This document shows positions 25,799 to 37,258 of a stretch of DNA of 64,000 bases, in pieces. The notes below the pieces were generated by a model. That model searched no databases. It was not told the DNA's origin and saw only the letters and a program-made list of their open reading frames with translations. The stretch spans positions 216,549 through 280,548 of the forward strand of contig NW_021835954.1 in the NCBI RefSeq assembly GCF_006345805.1, read 5' to 3'. Every line of letters starts with the position of its first letter. Position 1 is the stretch's first letter. The DNA is from Octopus sinensis (Eukaryota). A program made the translations under genes and the position numbers.

Positions 25799-25986
25799 TA
25801 CCACTCTTTCCTTCCTCCTCTGAGCGTCTTAATACTTTACATGTACCACGTTCTCGTGTTGTTGCATTTTTCTTGTCTATTTTTTCTATTTTTTTATTAA
25901 TGATATATGTGTGTGTTTCTGTGTGTGTGTGTGTGTGTGTTTGTGTGTGTGTGTTTTATTTTCTCTCTCTGCTTATTTTTGTGTTC

Positions 25987-26022
25987 TTTTCTATCGAAGA
26001 GCGTAGGCTCGAAATGTAAAAG
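25987..26022 (+). ncRNA. Minimal type I hammerhead-like motif, degenerate
   Basis: TTTT | CTATCGA-A | GAGC-gtag-GCTC | GAAA-TGT-A | AAAG. Lies 224 nt downstream of the previous motif. Confidence 0.45.
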
Positions 26023-26113
26023 ACTTTCTCACTTTCCAAGCATTAAACTAATACATTTGTTTGTTGTTTACACACTCGTCTTCGTATTTTGTTTTCTTTT
26101 TTTTGTAAATTCC

Positions 26114-26189
<76 letters not shown>

Positions 26190-26257
26190 GAGAGAGAGAG
26201 AGATGAGATGGCATCCTGGAGTAGTTATGTTAAATAAAAAATAACTTATTATCTCAG

Positions 26258-26475
26258 TTTTTAACCTCCTCTCCTTGAAAAGAGTTGCCTTGCCCAGCAA
26301 TGCACCCCGGTCCAAGTGTTCTTGCCACTTTTGGAATCCGGACTGGAAGTCGTTTTCCATGAGTTGAGGACCTTCTGCGATTCACTCTTCATCTCAACAA
26401 CGGTGTTAAAACAGTGACATTTGACCTGCATTTTCATCTTAGGAAAGAGATGGAAGTCCGCAGGTGATAAATCGA
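26258..26475 (-). pseudogene. Mariner transposase C-terminal remnant
   Basis: DLSPADFHLFPKMKMQVKCHCFNTVVEMKSESQKV / ENDFQSGFQKWQEHLDR matches the mariner SPDLAPxDFHLF...FQxWxxRW motif. Confidence 0.8.
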
Positions 26476-26479
26476 ATGG

Positions 26480-27440
26480 TGTGTTCTTACGTATCAGCGG
26501 CACAGGAGCCAGCCAGGTAACGCTGGCAACGATCACGATCAAATGGTGCTTTTAACGTTCCACTAGCACGGGTGCCAATCAGGTGGTACTGTCATCGGCC
26601 ACGACAGCGATTTCGATTTCATTTGCCTCAACAGGTCTTCGCAAACATAGTTTATTGTCCAATGAATGAAGGGTATTCATAAGTGGGCTGGTCATACACC
26701 ACTAGCATCGGCCACGGGTTATGATCCCACTTGGCTTGCCGGGTCTTCTCGAGCACAGCATATCTCCAAAGGTTTCGGTCACTAGTCATTGCCTAAGTGA
26801 GGCCCAATGTTCGAATGGTCGTGCTTCACCACCTCATCCCAAGTTTTCCTGGGTCTACCTCTTCCACACGTTCCCTCAACTGCTAGGGTGTGACACTTTT
26901 TCACACAGCTGTGCTCATCCATTCTCGCCACATGGCCATACCAGTGCAGTCGTCTCTCTTGCACACCACATCTGATGCTTCTCTCAGGGTGCTTACACTC
27001 TGTTGAGTATGCACACTGACATTACACATCCATTGGAGCAACTGGCTACGTTCCTTGCAAGCTTACGCATATCCTCCGCAGTCACGACCCATGCTTCACT
27101 GCCATGTAGCATGGCTCTTTGCACACATGCGTCATACAGTCTACCTTTGCCTCTGAGCGAGAGGCCCTTTGTCACCAGCAGAGGTAACAGCTTTCTGAAC
27201 TTTACCTTGTCTAGTCTTATTCTAGCAGCTACAATTTCAAAGAATCCACGCCCGCTACTGACTTGGTCACCTTGGTAACGGAAGCAATCAACTACTTGAA
27301 GTTTTTCTCCCTGGAAAGTGACGGAATCTGTTCTCTGTACATTTTCAGTGTTTATCGCTCCTGAGTATTTGCTACATACAAAAACCTTTGATTTTTCTGC
27401 ACCTCTTATGTGTCCATGGCTTACACTAGGTACATCTTAC
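26480..27440 (-). mobile_element. 5'-truncated RTE-like LINE (RT C-terminus plus 3' UTR), degraded
   Basis: KGRLYDACVQRAMLHGSEAW and RRLHWYGHVARM...GRGRPRKTWDEVVKHD in successive frames. Confidence 0.75.
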
Positions 27441-27734
27441 GATATATATATATATATATATACATATATATATACATAAATAACATAAAGGCGCCAGATG
27501 TTACTTAGACGTGGTTGTAAATATTTTAGAAAGTAAAATACGTAAACACACACAGGAGGTTTGTATAATAAAATTTATGCCAATATGAAGATCATAATAA
27601 ACCTAACAGTTGTATTACAACATTATGTAATAAACTGGGAGTACCGGTTTCGCGTCTTACGCTTATGAAGCTTCCAAGGTCTTGGATTTCAGCCATTTTT
27701 GTTGTCGACTAGAATTTTTTTGCTGTCGAAGGGA

Positions 27735-27920
27735 GGTAACTCTTTAATTTTTGGTGTTAACATGGTACGATTTGAATTTTTTCTTCTACGGAAGGAAGAG
27801 CAAGCTTTCTTTTATCATACTCTCAATTTTGGTCAACTTGCGCCGCAGGGTCTCGGAGGAGATAGTGTTAGTTGAAGGCTACCAAACCTGCCATACACAG
27901 ACAACTTCATCTATATATAT
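27735..27920 (+). mobile_element. 3' part of the Helitron-like element family seen at 41634-42023
   Basis: Shared ...GGTCAACTTG...CAGGGTCTCGGAGGAGATAGTGTTAGTTGAAGGCTACCAAACCTG...AGACAACTTCA segment. Confidence 0.6.
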
Positions 27921-28296
27921 AGAAAGATTTATTCCTAAAAAAATAAAAATCTTTACGAACAAGGGAAGCAACTTATTTAATAGCAAATTCTTGTTGCTGC
28001 CCTTGCTTCTTGTTGTGTAAAGGAGTTATCGTCCTTTGCAGTTGTAGCCGTGTGAGATATTTTATAAAAAGAAAATCTCATTGCTACCGACTGAACTAAA
28101 TTCTTTATTACACAAAAAATAGAAACAAGTAACGATGCGGACGGGTGGGTGGGTTGTCGACTTTATAAAGACTTTATAAATTGAATATGCAATATAGCTA
28201 TTTACATTTAACGCTTAGAAGAAGGGATATACTCACCGTAAATTGCAGCTTGCAAATCAATCTATCAAGCCTGAGAAAATATCTCCAAACTACGAT

Positions 28297-28354
<58 letters not shown>

Positions 28355-28579
28355 TGTGCGCGCGCGTGAATTATATTATATTATATGGGAGGGGGCACAT
28401 GGCCTAGTGGTTAGAGCAGCAGACTCGCGGTCGAGTGGTCACGGGTTCGAATCTTTGCTAATAGGAATTACGAAGGTAATTACTCGTTTATATAATGGAC
28501 AACAACGGAGAAAAATAATGCCAAACAATTGTCACTTTCATGTTTTGTTTTATATATATAATATAAGAAAATATATTAT

Positions 28580-28822
28580 GTTGTTTGTTCCTTCTCAAGC
28601 CATACCTGGCTCAGAAGGGCCGGTTTCCCGGTTTCAGTGGTGTATAGGTTCCCCACCTGGACGAGACGTCAGTCAGCTGCTAGATGCAGGAGGAAAGACT
28701 GAGAGAAATTTGTGGCGAAAAAGTCAGCAGAAGTTTGCCATTACCTTCTGCCGGAATCGCGTGGACCTTAGGTACTTCGATCATAAACACACGCTGCTCT
28801 AGCCACTAGGCCATGTGCCCCC
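28580..28822 (-). mobile_element. SINE family B with deleted tRNA region; inverted relative to an isolated head at 28394-28450
   Basis: Body homologous to 30424-30690 and 36750-37060. Confidence 0.75.
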
Positions 28823-29094
28823 TCCCATATAATATAATATAATTCGCGCACGCGCACGCGCGCGCACACACGCACACACACACACACTTATTTAGCTATA
28901 TAACATGTATTTTTAAAAATTATTTCACCGAGATTGTGAAGGATGGTTTTGCTCTGCCATTGTCACCAACTCAGATCCTTAAAGTGCTTTGTTATTTCCA
29001 TAACAGGATTCAATAAATGAATTTGGGTTGGTAATACATACATACATACATACACAAACACACATAAATGCATACATACACATATATACATACA

Positions 29095-29126
<32 letters not shown>

Positions 29127-29759
29127 CGCACTCACAAACACACATACATGCATACATACACATATATGTATACATACACACATACATACATACATACCAT
29201 CACATGCTGTCACACACCCACGCATACCTTGAAACGTAAGCTGTTCCCTTTTTTTTGCTCTTAAAAAAAACGTAAATCCACAATTGTCGACTCGCTATGA
29301 AAAGTGAATGAATTGGTTTCACAGGTTTTCTCTCACTGTGGGCAGAAAAATAGCGGAGCGATCTATTAGAAGCTTATAACAATCGTAGACAAACTTGCAC
29401 ACAGTTAAACTGATCAATCTAATATGCACAACGGTGTATGTGCTGATACCTGCATTTAATTCATTCTACTCTACACAGAGTTTTAAAATAATTATGAAAG
29501 GTTTTTGTGTCTGTCCTCAACTCTAGTGAAGAATTTTAGGTAAGGACCGAAAGAATACGATCGCGAATACAAGCGGCCGAAATGGGGTTCCTCCGAAGGG
29601 TCTCCAGAGTAACGTTCCTCGACATGACGCGTAGCTTGGAGATCAGGGGCTCTCTCCAGGTCGAGCCACTTCTTCTCTGCATTCAGATCACAGCTCTGGT
29701 ATGATGGGCACGCGACTAGAGAATGAGACGGTTGGCTGTTAATCATAGTCTCAGTTGGT

Positions 29760-30011
29760 CGTTTTTCCATCTCTTCTCCAAGATGAAAGGCAGCTCAAAG
29801 GTCACCGTCTGAACACTTTTGTCAAGATCCAGAGCGAAGCGCAGAAAGTCCTCGACTTGCTTATGGAAAACGACTTCAAGGCTGGATTCCAAAAGTGACA
29901 GGAACGCTGGGGCCGGTGTATTGCTGCGCGTAGTGACTATTTCGAAGGTGATGATGTTAAAACTTTTGTATTAAAGATAACTAGTGCGGGAATTTTTTGA
30001 CACCACCTCGG
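29760..30011 (+). pseudogene. Mariner transposase C-terminal remnant with right terminal repeat
   Basis: QLKGHRLNTFVKIQSEAQKVLDLLMENDFKAGFQK*QERWGRCIAARSDYFEGD, followed by GGGAATTTTTTGACACCACCTCG. Same family as 26258-26475. Confidence 0.8.
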
Positions 30012-30423
30012 ATTCATATGAATTCACAATCCATTGTTTAATCATGAAATTGTGCAGATAACATACATGCTGTTATACCTGACTTCAGTTGCGCCTAGTG
30101 TGTACGGTCAGCGCATCAGCTTTTGGAAACAGCATGCGCTGTAACATTAAGACAATACTAAATTTGTATTACCATCACATTATTCGGATCTTTTCTGTTT
30201 GGCTGCCAAAATTACTCAAAATTTTCAAAGTTTAATAGCCAATAACTCATTATTTATTGATTTATGGCGAAAATGATTTTCATGGCATTGATTAGCATAT
30301 AAAAGTATATCATTACACTGAATATGAAATCAATTCGAATAGAAATTGAAGTGATTGAATATTTACAGCCAAGCAGAAAAGATCCCATTATTCTATATTA
30401 ATCACTAAATAAATATATTAAAT

Positions 30424-30690
30424 GTGGAGGCACATGGCCTAGTGGTTAAAGCAGCGGATTCGCGGTCGAGGGTTTGCGGGTTCGAATCTCAGACCGGGCG
30501 ATGTGTGTGTTTACTAGCGAAACACCTAAGCTCCACGCGACTCAGGCAGAAGGTAATGGCGAACTTCTGCTGACTCTTTCGCTCTTTCCTGCATTTTGCA
30601 ATGCACCTGGTGGGGAACCTATACGCCAAGGAAACCGGGAAACCTGCCCTAACGAGCCAAGCGTGGCTCGAGAAGGAACAAACAAATATA
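30424..30690 (+). mobile_element. tRNA-derived SINE family B
   Basis: GGAGGCACATGGCCTAGTGGTT...GGTTCGAATC head and GGCTCGAGAAGGAACAAAC tail. Confidence 0.8.
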
Positions 30691-30899
30691 TTCAATATGT
30701 TCACCAAACACGAGTTTTAGCCGGACATATTTCTGGCAAGCTGTCTGAAATATGGTAAGCGGTGTACAGCAATTATTAGAAATGCTGTTCCATTGGTTGA
30801 CCACCCTGTAGTAAAGGTTTACATAAAATTCTTGATGTACAAATCGAATCGTTGTTTGGAGATATTTTCTCAGGCTTGATAGATTGATTTGCAAGCTGC

Positions 30900-31205
30900 A
30901 AGTTGACCAAAATTGAAAGTATGATAAAAGAAAGCTTGCTCTTCCTTCCGTAGAAGAAAAAATTCAAATCGTACCATGTTAACACCAAAAATTATTTATA
31001 TCAAAATGGTGCATTTTTTCTATGAAAATCCCCATTTTTTACGATTTTTTGACTGCCGTGTCGCCATTTTTCGGTGTATTTCAACCAGAAAAATGTTCAC
31101 TTAAAGAGAATAACAAGCTACATAATGCAAAATTTTTACTTTTCAAAAATTCCAATTCTAAAGGGTCGCAACAAACCCGAGCAACGCCGGGCGATAATGC
31201 TAGTC
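30900..31205 (-). mobile_element. Helitron-like non-autonomous element, 3'-deleted copy
   Basis: Homologous to 41634-42023. Head ACTAGCATTATCGCCCGGCGTTGCTCGGG. Confidence 0.6.
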
Positions 31206-32375
31206 TATCATAAAATAAAACGTCGCTTATTACTTGTACTAGACTAAAACCAACGTTCGTGGCACGTAGGCTATTGCTTAAAAGTTGCATGTATGTGTTT
31301 AATTATACACGGATAATACACAGAAGATTCATGGCTAAAAATAAAGCAGAATAATTTTTTCTGAATAATTATATGATGGAGTTGTGTTCTTTTTATCTTG
31401 CTGGAAGACAACATATAGAAAACTAATTATAGTGATTTGATATCGAATGTAAAATATGTATTTCGCTCTTTCAATAAACATAACGAGAATTTCAACTTGT
31501 AGATGACTTTTGAATTGTATTTTTGCTTTATAATCCCATCCTGTAGAAACAGAAAGCTTCATTGAAATTTAACCCAAATGAAGGATTGAAACTGAAGCCA
31601 CATTTATCCTCTGTGGCCCAACATTACAGAGAGATGACTATCAATTAACGCCTAAATCATTTTGTTTCTTTTCAAAAACAGCCAATATGTTTTTTGAAGT
31701 GCCATATGTCACCGAGAGAAAATGTTACTAGATTTTGCTCCAAATATTTATTGGTCAATTTACAAAGTCATTAAGGAAGGAAATAGTCATGAAATTGTTC
31801 ATTTCCCCCAATACATTACCTGGTGTTTAGCTCATCAACCATAATAAAAGGTAATGTTTAAGTCTACCTCTGTTGGGTTTGAACTCTGAACTCAAATCCT
31901 ACTGGCAATGTTAGAACTTTTCTCCATCTTTCTATAATAGATATATGTAATGCTGAACATTTGATATTATGTGGACTGAACGGGCCAGTGGTATGTGTAA
32001 TCATAATCTTCTAATTGAACAATCAAAATTGTAATGTTTCTTTGGTGAATGATTAGAACAAGGTAACAGTAAAATTGCCTTCTCAAGTCATAGTGACTCA
32101 TAGGGGCCAGTTTCCTAGTATAAAATAAAACAGTGAAAAGAATAAAGAAGGCGGTATTACATTTACCAACCAGTTACGACCGTTTCAATAACTAGTGAAT
32201 TGTTACAACGTCTGTCTCTCTGATTGTAAATCGATTAATGAACCAATCCTTCAATAATCTATCTATCCATCCACCCATCCGTCCGTCCGCCCGTCTGTCC
32301 ATTCATCCGTCCGTCCGTCCGACTGTCCATCCATTCATCCGTCCGTCGGTCTATCTATCTATCTATCTATCTATC

Positions 32376-32457
<82 letters not shown>

Positions 32458-32470
32458 CGTCCGTCTATCT

Positions 32471-33540
32471 TGAGTGACTTCAACACAACCAAAGCATTCT
32501 ATAGGGGATTAGTGGAGGGGAGGTACGACGACGAGCTCGGGGCGAACCTGGACGTCGACGAGGAATACCTGACCCGCCTGTTCGGGTCGACTTTCGGGCC
32601 AGGGCCCAAGGACAACTTCCAGAGATTCCTGGCCTGGCAGTGCTACCGAGAAGCGCTACCCGTTCGGGATAAGCTCTACAGACACGGCTCGAGAAACACG
32701 GGGCCGACCTGCCCGAGATGCGGTCAGAGCGACGAAACCGTTCTGCACGCACTCGTGCAGTGTCCAACAATTTCCGACCTGTGGGCTTATGTCGAACAAC
32801 TGCTGTCACGTGTGGGACGTGTCGGTTTATCAGCCGAGTCTATCGTTAATATCGTCACGCCTCCTTCCTTCAAACGGGAAGGAAGAGCTATTTTTATCAT
32901 ACTTGTGGCTATGGCGAAAGAATGTATCTGGTGGACGCGTCTAAAAGGATTGGAGACAAACACTTTCCTCTCTGGTCAATCTCTCATCAACTTCTTCAAG
33001 TACCACTTGAAAAGGAAAGTGAGAGTAGAGAGGCAAGTTTTGTCTAGCGAACGTTTTAAAAAAAGATAGGTGAATGTAGCAAGGATGGCACGTATGAATG
33101 ACGAAGCCACCTTGAGCATAATCCTATGAACCCAGGAATTGAAAACAGAGGGTTACCCACTTGCAAACAATGTGTGGTAACATATAACAATATTGACCAA
33201 GGTTACCGTGGTCTTTTTCGTAGGCTTTTCTTCCCACGGATAAACCTTACTTGCTTTCCCCTTACACCAAACATCATGACACTGTGATACACGATCCATT
33301 GATCGTTTTTTTTTCCTCTCCCCCTTTTTTCTCTTTCTTCTTTTTTCATTTTTCTTTCTTTTTTCCGCTTTTTTTTTCTTTTCCTTTTTTTCTTTTCTTC
33401 TTTTTTTGTTCTTTTTTTCCTTTTACGATCCCTTTTGATCGAAAAACCTACGCCACCTTTTTTTTCTCCCCCAAAAAGAAAAGCTCTACCTTGTAACTTG
33501 TCCCATCTGCGTGCAGCCCTGTGTGGCCAATAAAGAAACT
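32471..33540 (+). mobile_element. 3' fragment of an L1/Tx1-like non-LTR retrotransposon inside a (CTAT)n tract
   Basis: FLAWQCYREALPVRDKL..HG...PTCPRCGQSDETVLHALVQC is a post-RT zinc-binding domain of L1/Tx1 type. A TAG at 33067-33069 is followed by VNVARMA...LSIIL*. The 3' UTR ends AATAAAGAAAC then (TATC)n, and (CTAT)n also precedes the 5' break. Confidence 0.82.
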
Positions 33541-33603
33541 TATCTATCTATCTATCAATCCATCCATCCATCCACCCATCTATCCATCTATCTATCTATC
33601 TAT

Positions 33604-33648
<45 letters not shown>

Positions 33649-33668
33649 TTTATTTATCTCTATCTATC

Positions 33669-33712
<44 letters not shown>

Positions 33713-33766
33713 GTCTGTCTGTCTATCTATCTATCTTTATACATTATGTTAATAATATCTTACAGA

Positions 33767-35740
33767 ATGTGAAACAGACGAAAAGACAAAAAATGGTGTT
33801 GCGAATGATACAAACGAGATAAGTGAAGAAGCGAAAACCGAGGAATGAAGTGAAGCAGAGGAATCACCAAAGTATAAAAGAAAGCGTTCATTGAACGAAA
33901 ATTAAGAAGAAAAAAAGGAAGGTGACGCTAGTGAAGAAGAGAAAGCCGACGATCGAAGAAGTGAAGGAGTGAATGAAAATGAAGAAGAAGTGACTGAAGG
34001 TGACGGAAAAGAAGAAGAGAAAGCCGACGAACGAAGAAGTGAAGGAGTGAATGAAAATGACGAAGAAAAGACTGAACGTGACGCTAGTGAAGAAGAGAAA
34101 GCCGACGATCGAAGAAGTGAAGAAGTGAATGAAAATCAAGAAGAAGTGACTGAAGGTGACGGAAAAGAAGAAGAGAAAGCCGACGAACGAAGAAGTGAAG
34201 GAGTGAATGAAAATGACGAAGAAAAGACTGAACGTGACGCTAGTGAAGAAGAGAAAGCCGACGAAAGAAAAAGTGAAAAAGAGAATGAAAATGAAGAAGA
34301 AGAGATTGGAGGTGACGGAAAAGAAGAAGAGAAAGCCGACGAAAGAAAAAGTGAAAAAGAGAATGAAATTGAAGAAGAAGAGACTGAAGGTGACGGAAAA
34401 GAAGAAGAAAAAGCTGACGATCGAAGAAGTGAAAAAGTGAATGAAAATGATGAAGAAGAGACTGAAGGTGACGGAAAAGAAGAAGAGAAAGCCGGCGAAC
34501 GAAGAAGTGAAGGAGTGAATGAAAATGAAGAAGAAGAGACTGAAGGTGACGGAAAAGAAGAAGAGAAAGCCGGCGAACGAAGAAGTGAAGGAGTGAATGA
34601 AAATGAAGAAGAAGAGACTGAAGGTGACGGAAAAGCAGAAGAGAAAGCCGACGAACGAAGAAGTGAAGGAGTGAATGAAAATGATGAAGAAGAGACTGAA
34701 GGTGACGGAAAAGAAGAAGAGAAAGCCGACGAAAGAAGAAGTGAAAAAGAGAATGAAAATGATGAAGAAGAGCCTGACCTGAAGATGACGGAAAAGAAGA
34801 AGAGAAGCTGACGAACGAAGAAGTGAAGGAGTGAATGAAAATGATGAAGAAGAGAATGACTGAAGTGACGGAAAAGAAGAAGAGAAAGCCGACGAAAGAA
34901 GAAGTGAAAAAGAGAATGAAAATGATGAAGAAGAGACTGAAGGTGACGGAAAAGAAGAAGAGAAAGCCGGCGAACGAAGAAGTGAAGGAGTGAATGAAAA
35001 TGAAGAAGAAGAGACTGAAGGTGACGGAAAAGCAGAAGAGAAAGCGGGCGAACGAAGAAGTGAAGGAGTGAATGAAAATGATGAAGAAGAGACTGAAGGT
35101 GACGGAAAAGCAGAAGAGAAAGCTGGCGAACGAAGAAGTGAAGGAGTGAATGAAAATGAAGAAGAAGAGACTGAAGGTGACGGAAAAGAAGAAGAGAAAG
35201 CCGACGAAAGAAGAAGTGAAAAAGAGAATGAAAATGATGAAGAAGAGCCTGAAGATGACGGAAAAGAAGAAGAGAAAGCTGACGAACGAAGAAGTGAAGG
35301 AGTGAATGAAAATGAAGAAGAAAAGACTGAAGGTGACGCTAGTGAAGGAGAGAAAGCCGACGAAAGAAGAAGTGAAAAAGAGAATGAAAATGAAGAAGAA
35401 AAGACTGAAGGTGACGGAAAAGAAGAAGAGAAAGCTGACGAACGAAGAAGTGAAAAAGAGAATGAAAATGATGAAGAAGAGACTGAAGGTGACGGAAAAG
35501 AAGAAGAGAAAGCTGACGAACGAAGAAATGATGCAAGGAACCAAAAAAAAAAAAAATAAGAAAAAACATTCAGTTAACGAAAATGAAGAAGAAAAGACTG
35601 AAGGTGACGGAAAAGAAGATGTGAAAGCCGACGAACGAAGAACTAAAACAGTGAATGAAAATGAAGAAGAAATGTCTGAAGGTGACGCTAGTGAAGAAGC
35701 GACAGCTGAAGGACAAATAGCGAAAAAAAATCACTACTGA
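33767..35740 (+). repeat. 78-bp-unit tandem array (~21 units) with a disrupted Glu/Lys-rich reading frame; possible exon or pseudo-exon
   Basis: Unit encodes EGDGKEEEKADERRSEGVNENEEEET (26 aa). ORFs 33969-34811 and 34990-35559. Non-repetitive acidic flanks. Two upstream in-frame stops, indels near 34775-34865, and a further disruption in the poly-A run near 35545. Confidence 0.85.
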
Positions 35741-36343
35741 GCCGAATTCTACGCCATAGACACACAATTTTTTATTAGTTTATACTAAAAAATTACTTTT
35801 AACATTTGCATCTGAAAGAAATTGAGGTCTAAGCTGTCTTGTGGAATCTAAAATTAGGAAAAAAAAATTTTGCGTTTTATTTGATGATTCATAAATTTTG
35901 TCCCCTTCTGGCAGAACCCTTAGCACCTCCGTCAAAATACCCTAGCGACATTTGTTACGGCGCTCTGTTCTGAGTGGAAACTCTTTCGATCTCGACTTTT
36001 GCTTTCATTCTTTGTCTGTTGATAGAAGTAGACGAAACTCTGAAAGAACGATTACTGTTTTTGTTGTTTAACCCTAGGTGAAAGCTACCGGAAGAGACCT
36101 TTCGTTAAACGCCTTCCCTTTGCTGGTCAGTGACGTGGCCTGAACATTGCCATATCGGTGGTTGCTCTCGATGCAGAATCTTTAGGGTCGTAACATTTAA
36201 AAAGAAATAATAATAGCTGAAGTATAACATGCCCTTTGCCCTATCCCCTATTCTTACATTTCCCCGGGCGTAGTTAGCCATGCTACACAACTGTTCGTGC
36301 GCTTTAACCTGTTTTGGGGTATGTAGGACAGAATTATCTAAAG

Positions 36344-37258
36344 CAGTAGTTCTCAACCGTGGTCCATATTGTCCCTGAGGGTCCAAAGAAGATTTTTATG
36401 GGTCCACGCAACAAAATAGTAAATTGGCAATCCACAATTACATTTGAAGGGCTTCTGAACAAATTTTGTTTTAGATGTATATATTGGTATGTATTGCAAG
36501 AAACGTGGAGGCACATGGCTTAGTGGTTAAGGTATTGAACTCATGATCGTAAGGTTGTGGGTTCGATCCTGGATCGGGCGATGCGTTGTGTTCTTGAGCA
36601 AAACACTTCATTTCACCACTCGGCTGGCAAAAATGAGTAATCCTGCGGTGAACTGGCGTCCCGCCCAGGTGGGGAATTTCTACGCCACTGAAACCGGGAA
36701 ACCGACCCTTATGAGCCTGGCATGGCTCGAGAAGGAACATTTATTAGTGAAGGCACATGGCCTAGTGGTTAGAGCAGTGGACTCGCGATCGAGGGATCGC
36801 GGGCTCGAATCTCAGACCGGGCGATGTGTATGTTTATGAGCGAAATACCTGAGCTCCACGCGACTCCGACAGAAGGTATTGGCGAACCTCTGCTGACTCT
36901 TTCGCCACAACTTTCTGTCACTCCTTCCTTCTGCATCTTGCAGCTCACCGGCGACGGACCGGCGTCCCGTTCAGGTGGGGAACCTATACGCCAAGGAAAC
37001 CGGGAAACCGGCCCTAATGAGCGGGGGGGGGGGGGGGCTCGAGAAAGAACAAACATTGCAAGAAGCAGCTAGGTTTCTTTCTCTAGCATTTTACATAGTT
37101 CAACCGACACAAGTTCCTGTGTGAATAGCAAAATAGGAATTTTGAAAGAGGTTTCTATAAAACTAGTTTTTAAACATTGAATGGCTATGAGGGGTTCACC
37201 AGAATAAAATAGAAATCAAAGGGGTTTATAGATAAAAGAAAATGGTTGAGAACCCCTG
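36344..37258. mobile_element. hAT-superfamily non-autonomous element with 8-bp TSD, containing two nested SINEs
   Basis: TIRs CAGTAGTTCTCAACC and GGTTGAGAACCCCTG. Perfect TSD ATCTAAAG at 36336-36343 and 37259-37266 (nnnTAnnn pattern). SINEs at about 36505-36740 and 36750-37060. Confidence 0.9.

Noticed and set aside
34240-35544. 434-aa Phe/Ser-rich minus-strand ORF
   Set aside because: Antisense shadow of the purine-rich 78-bp array.
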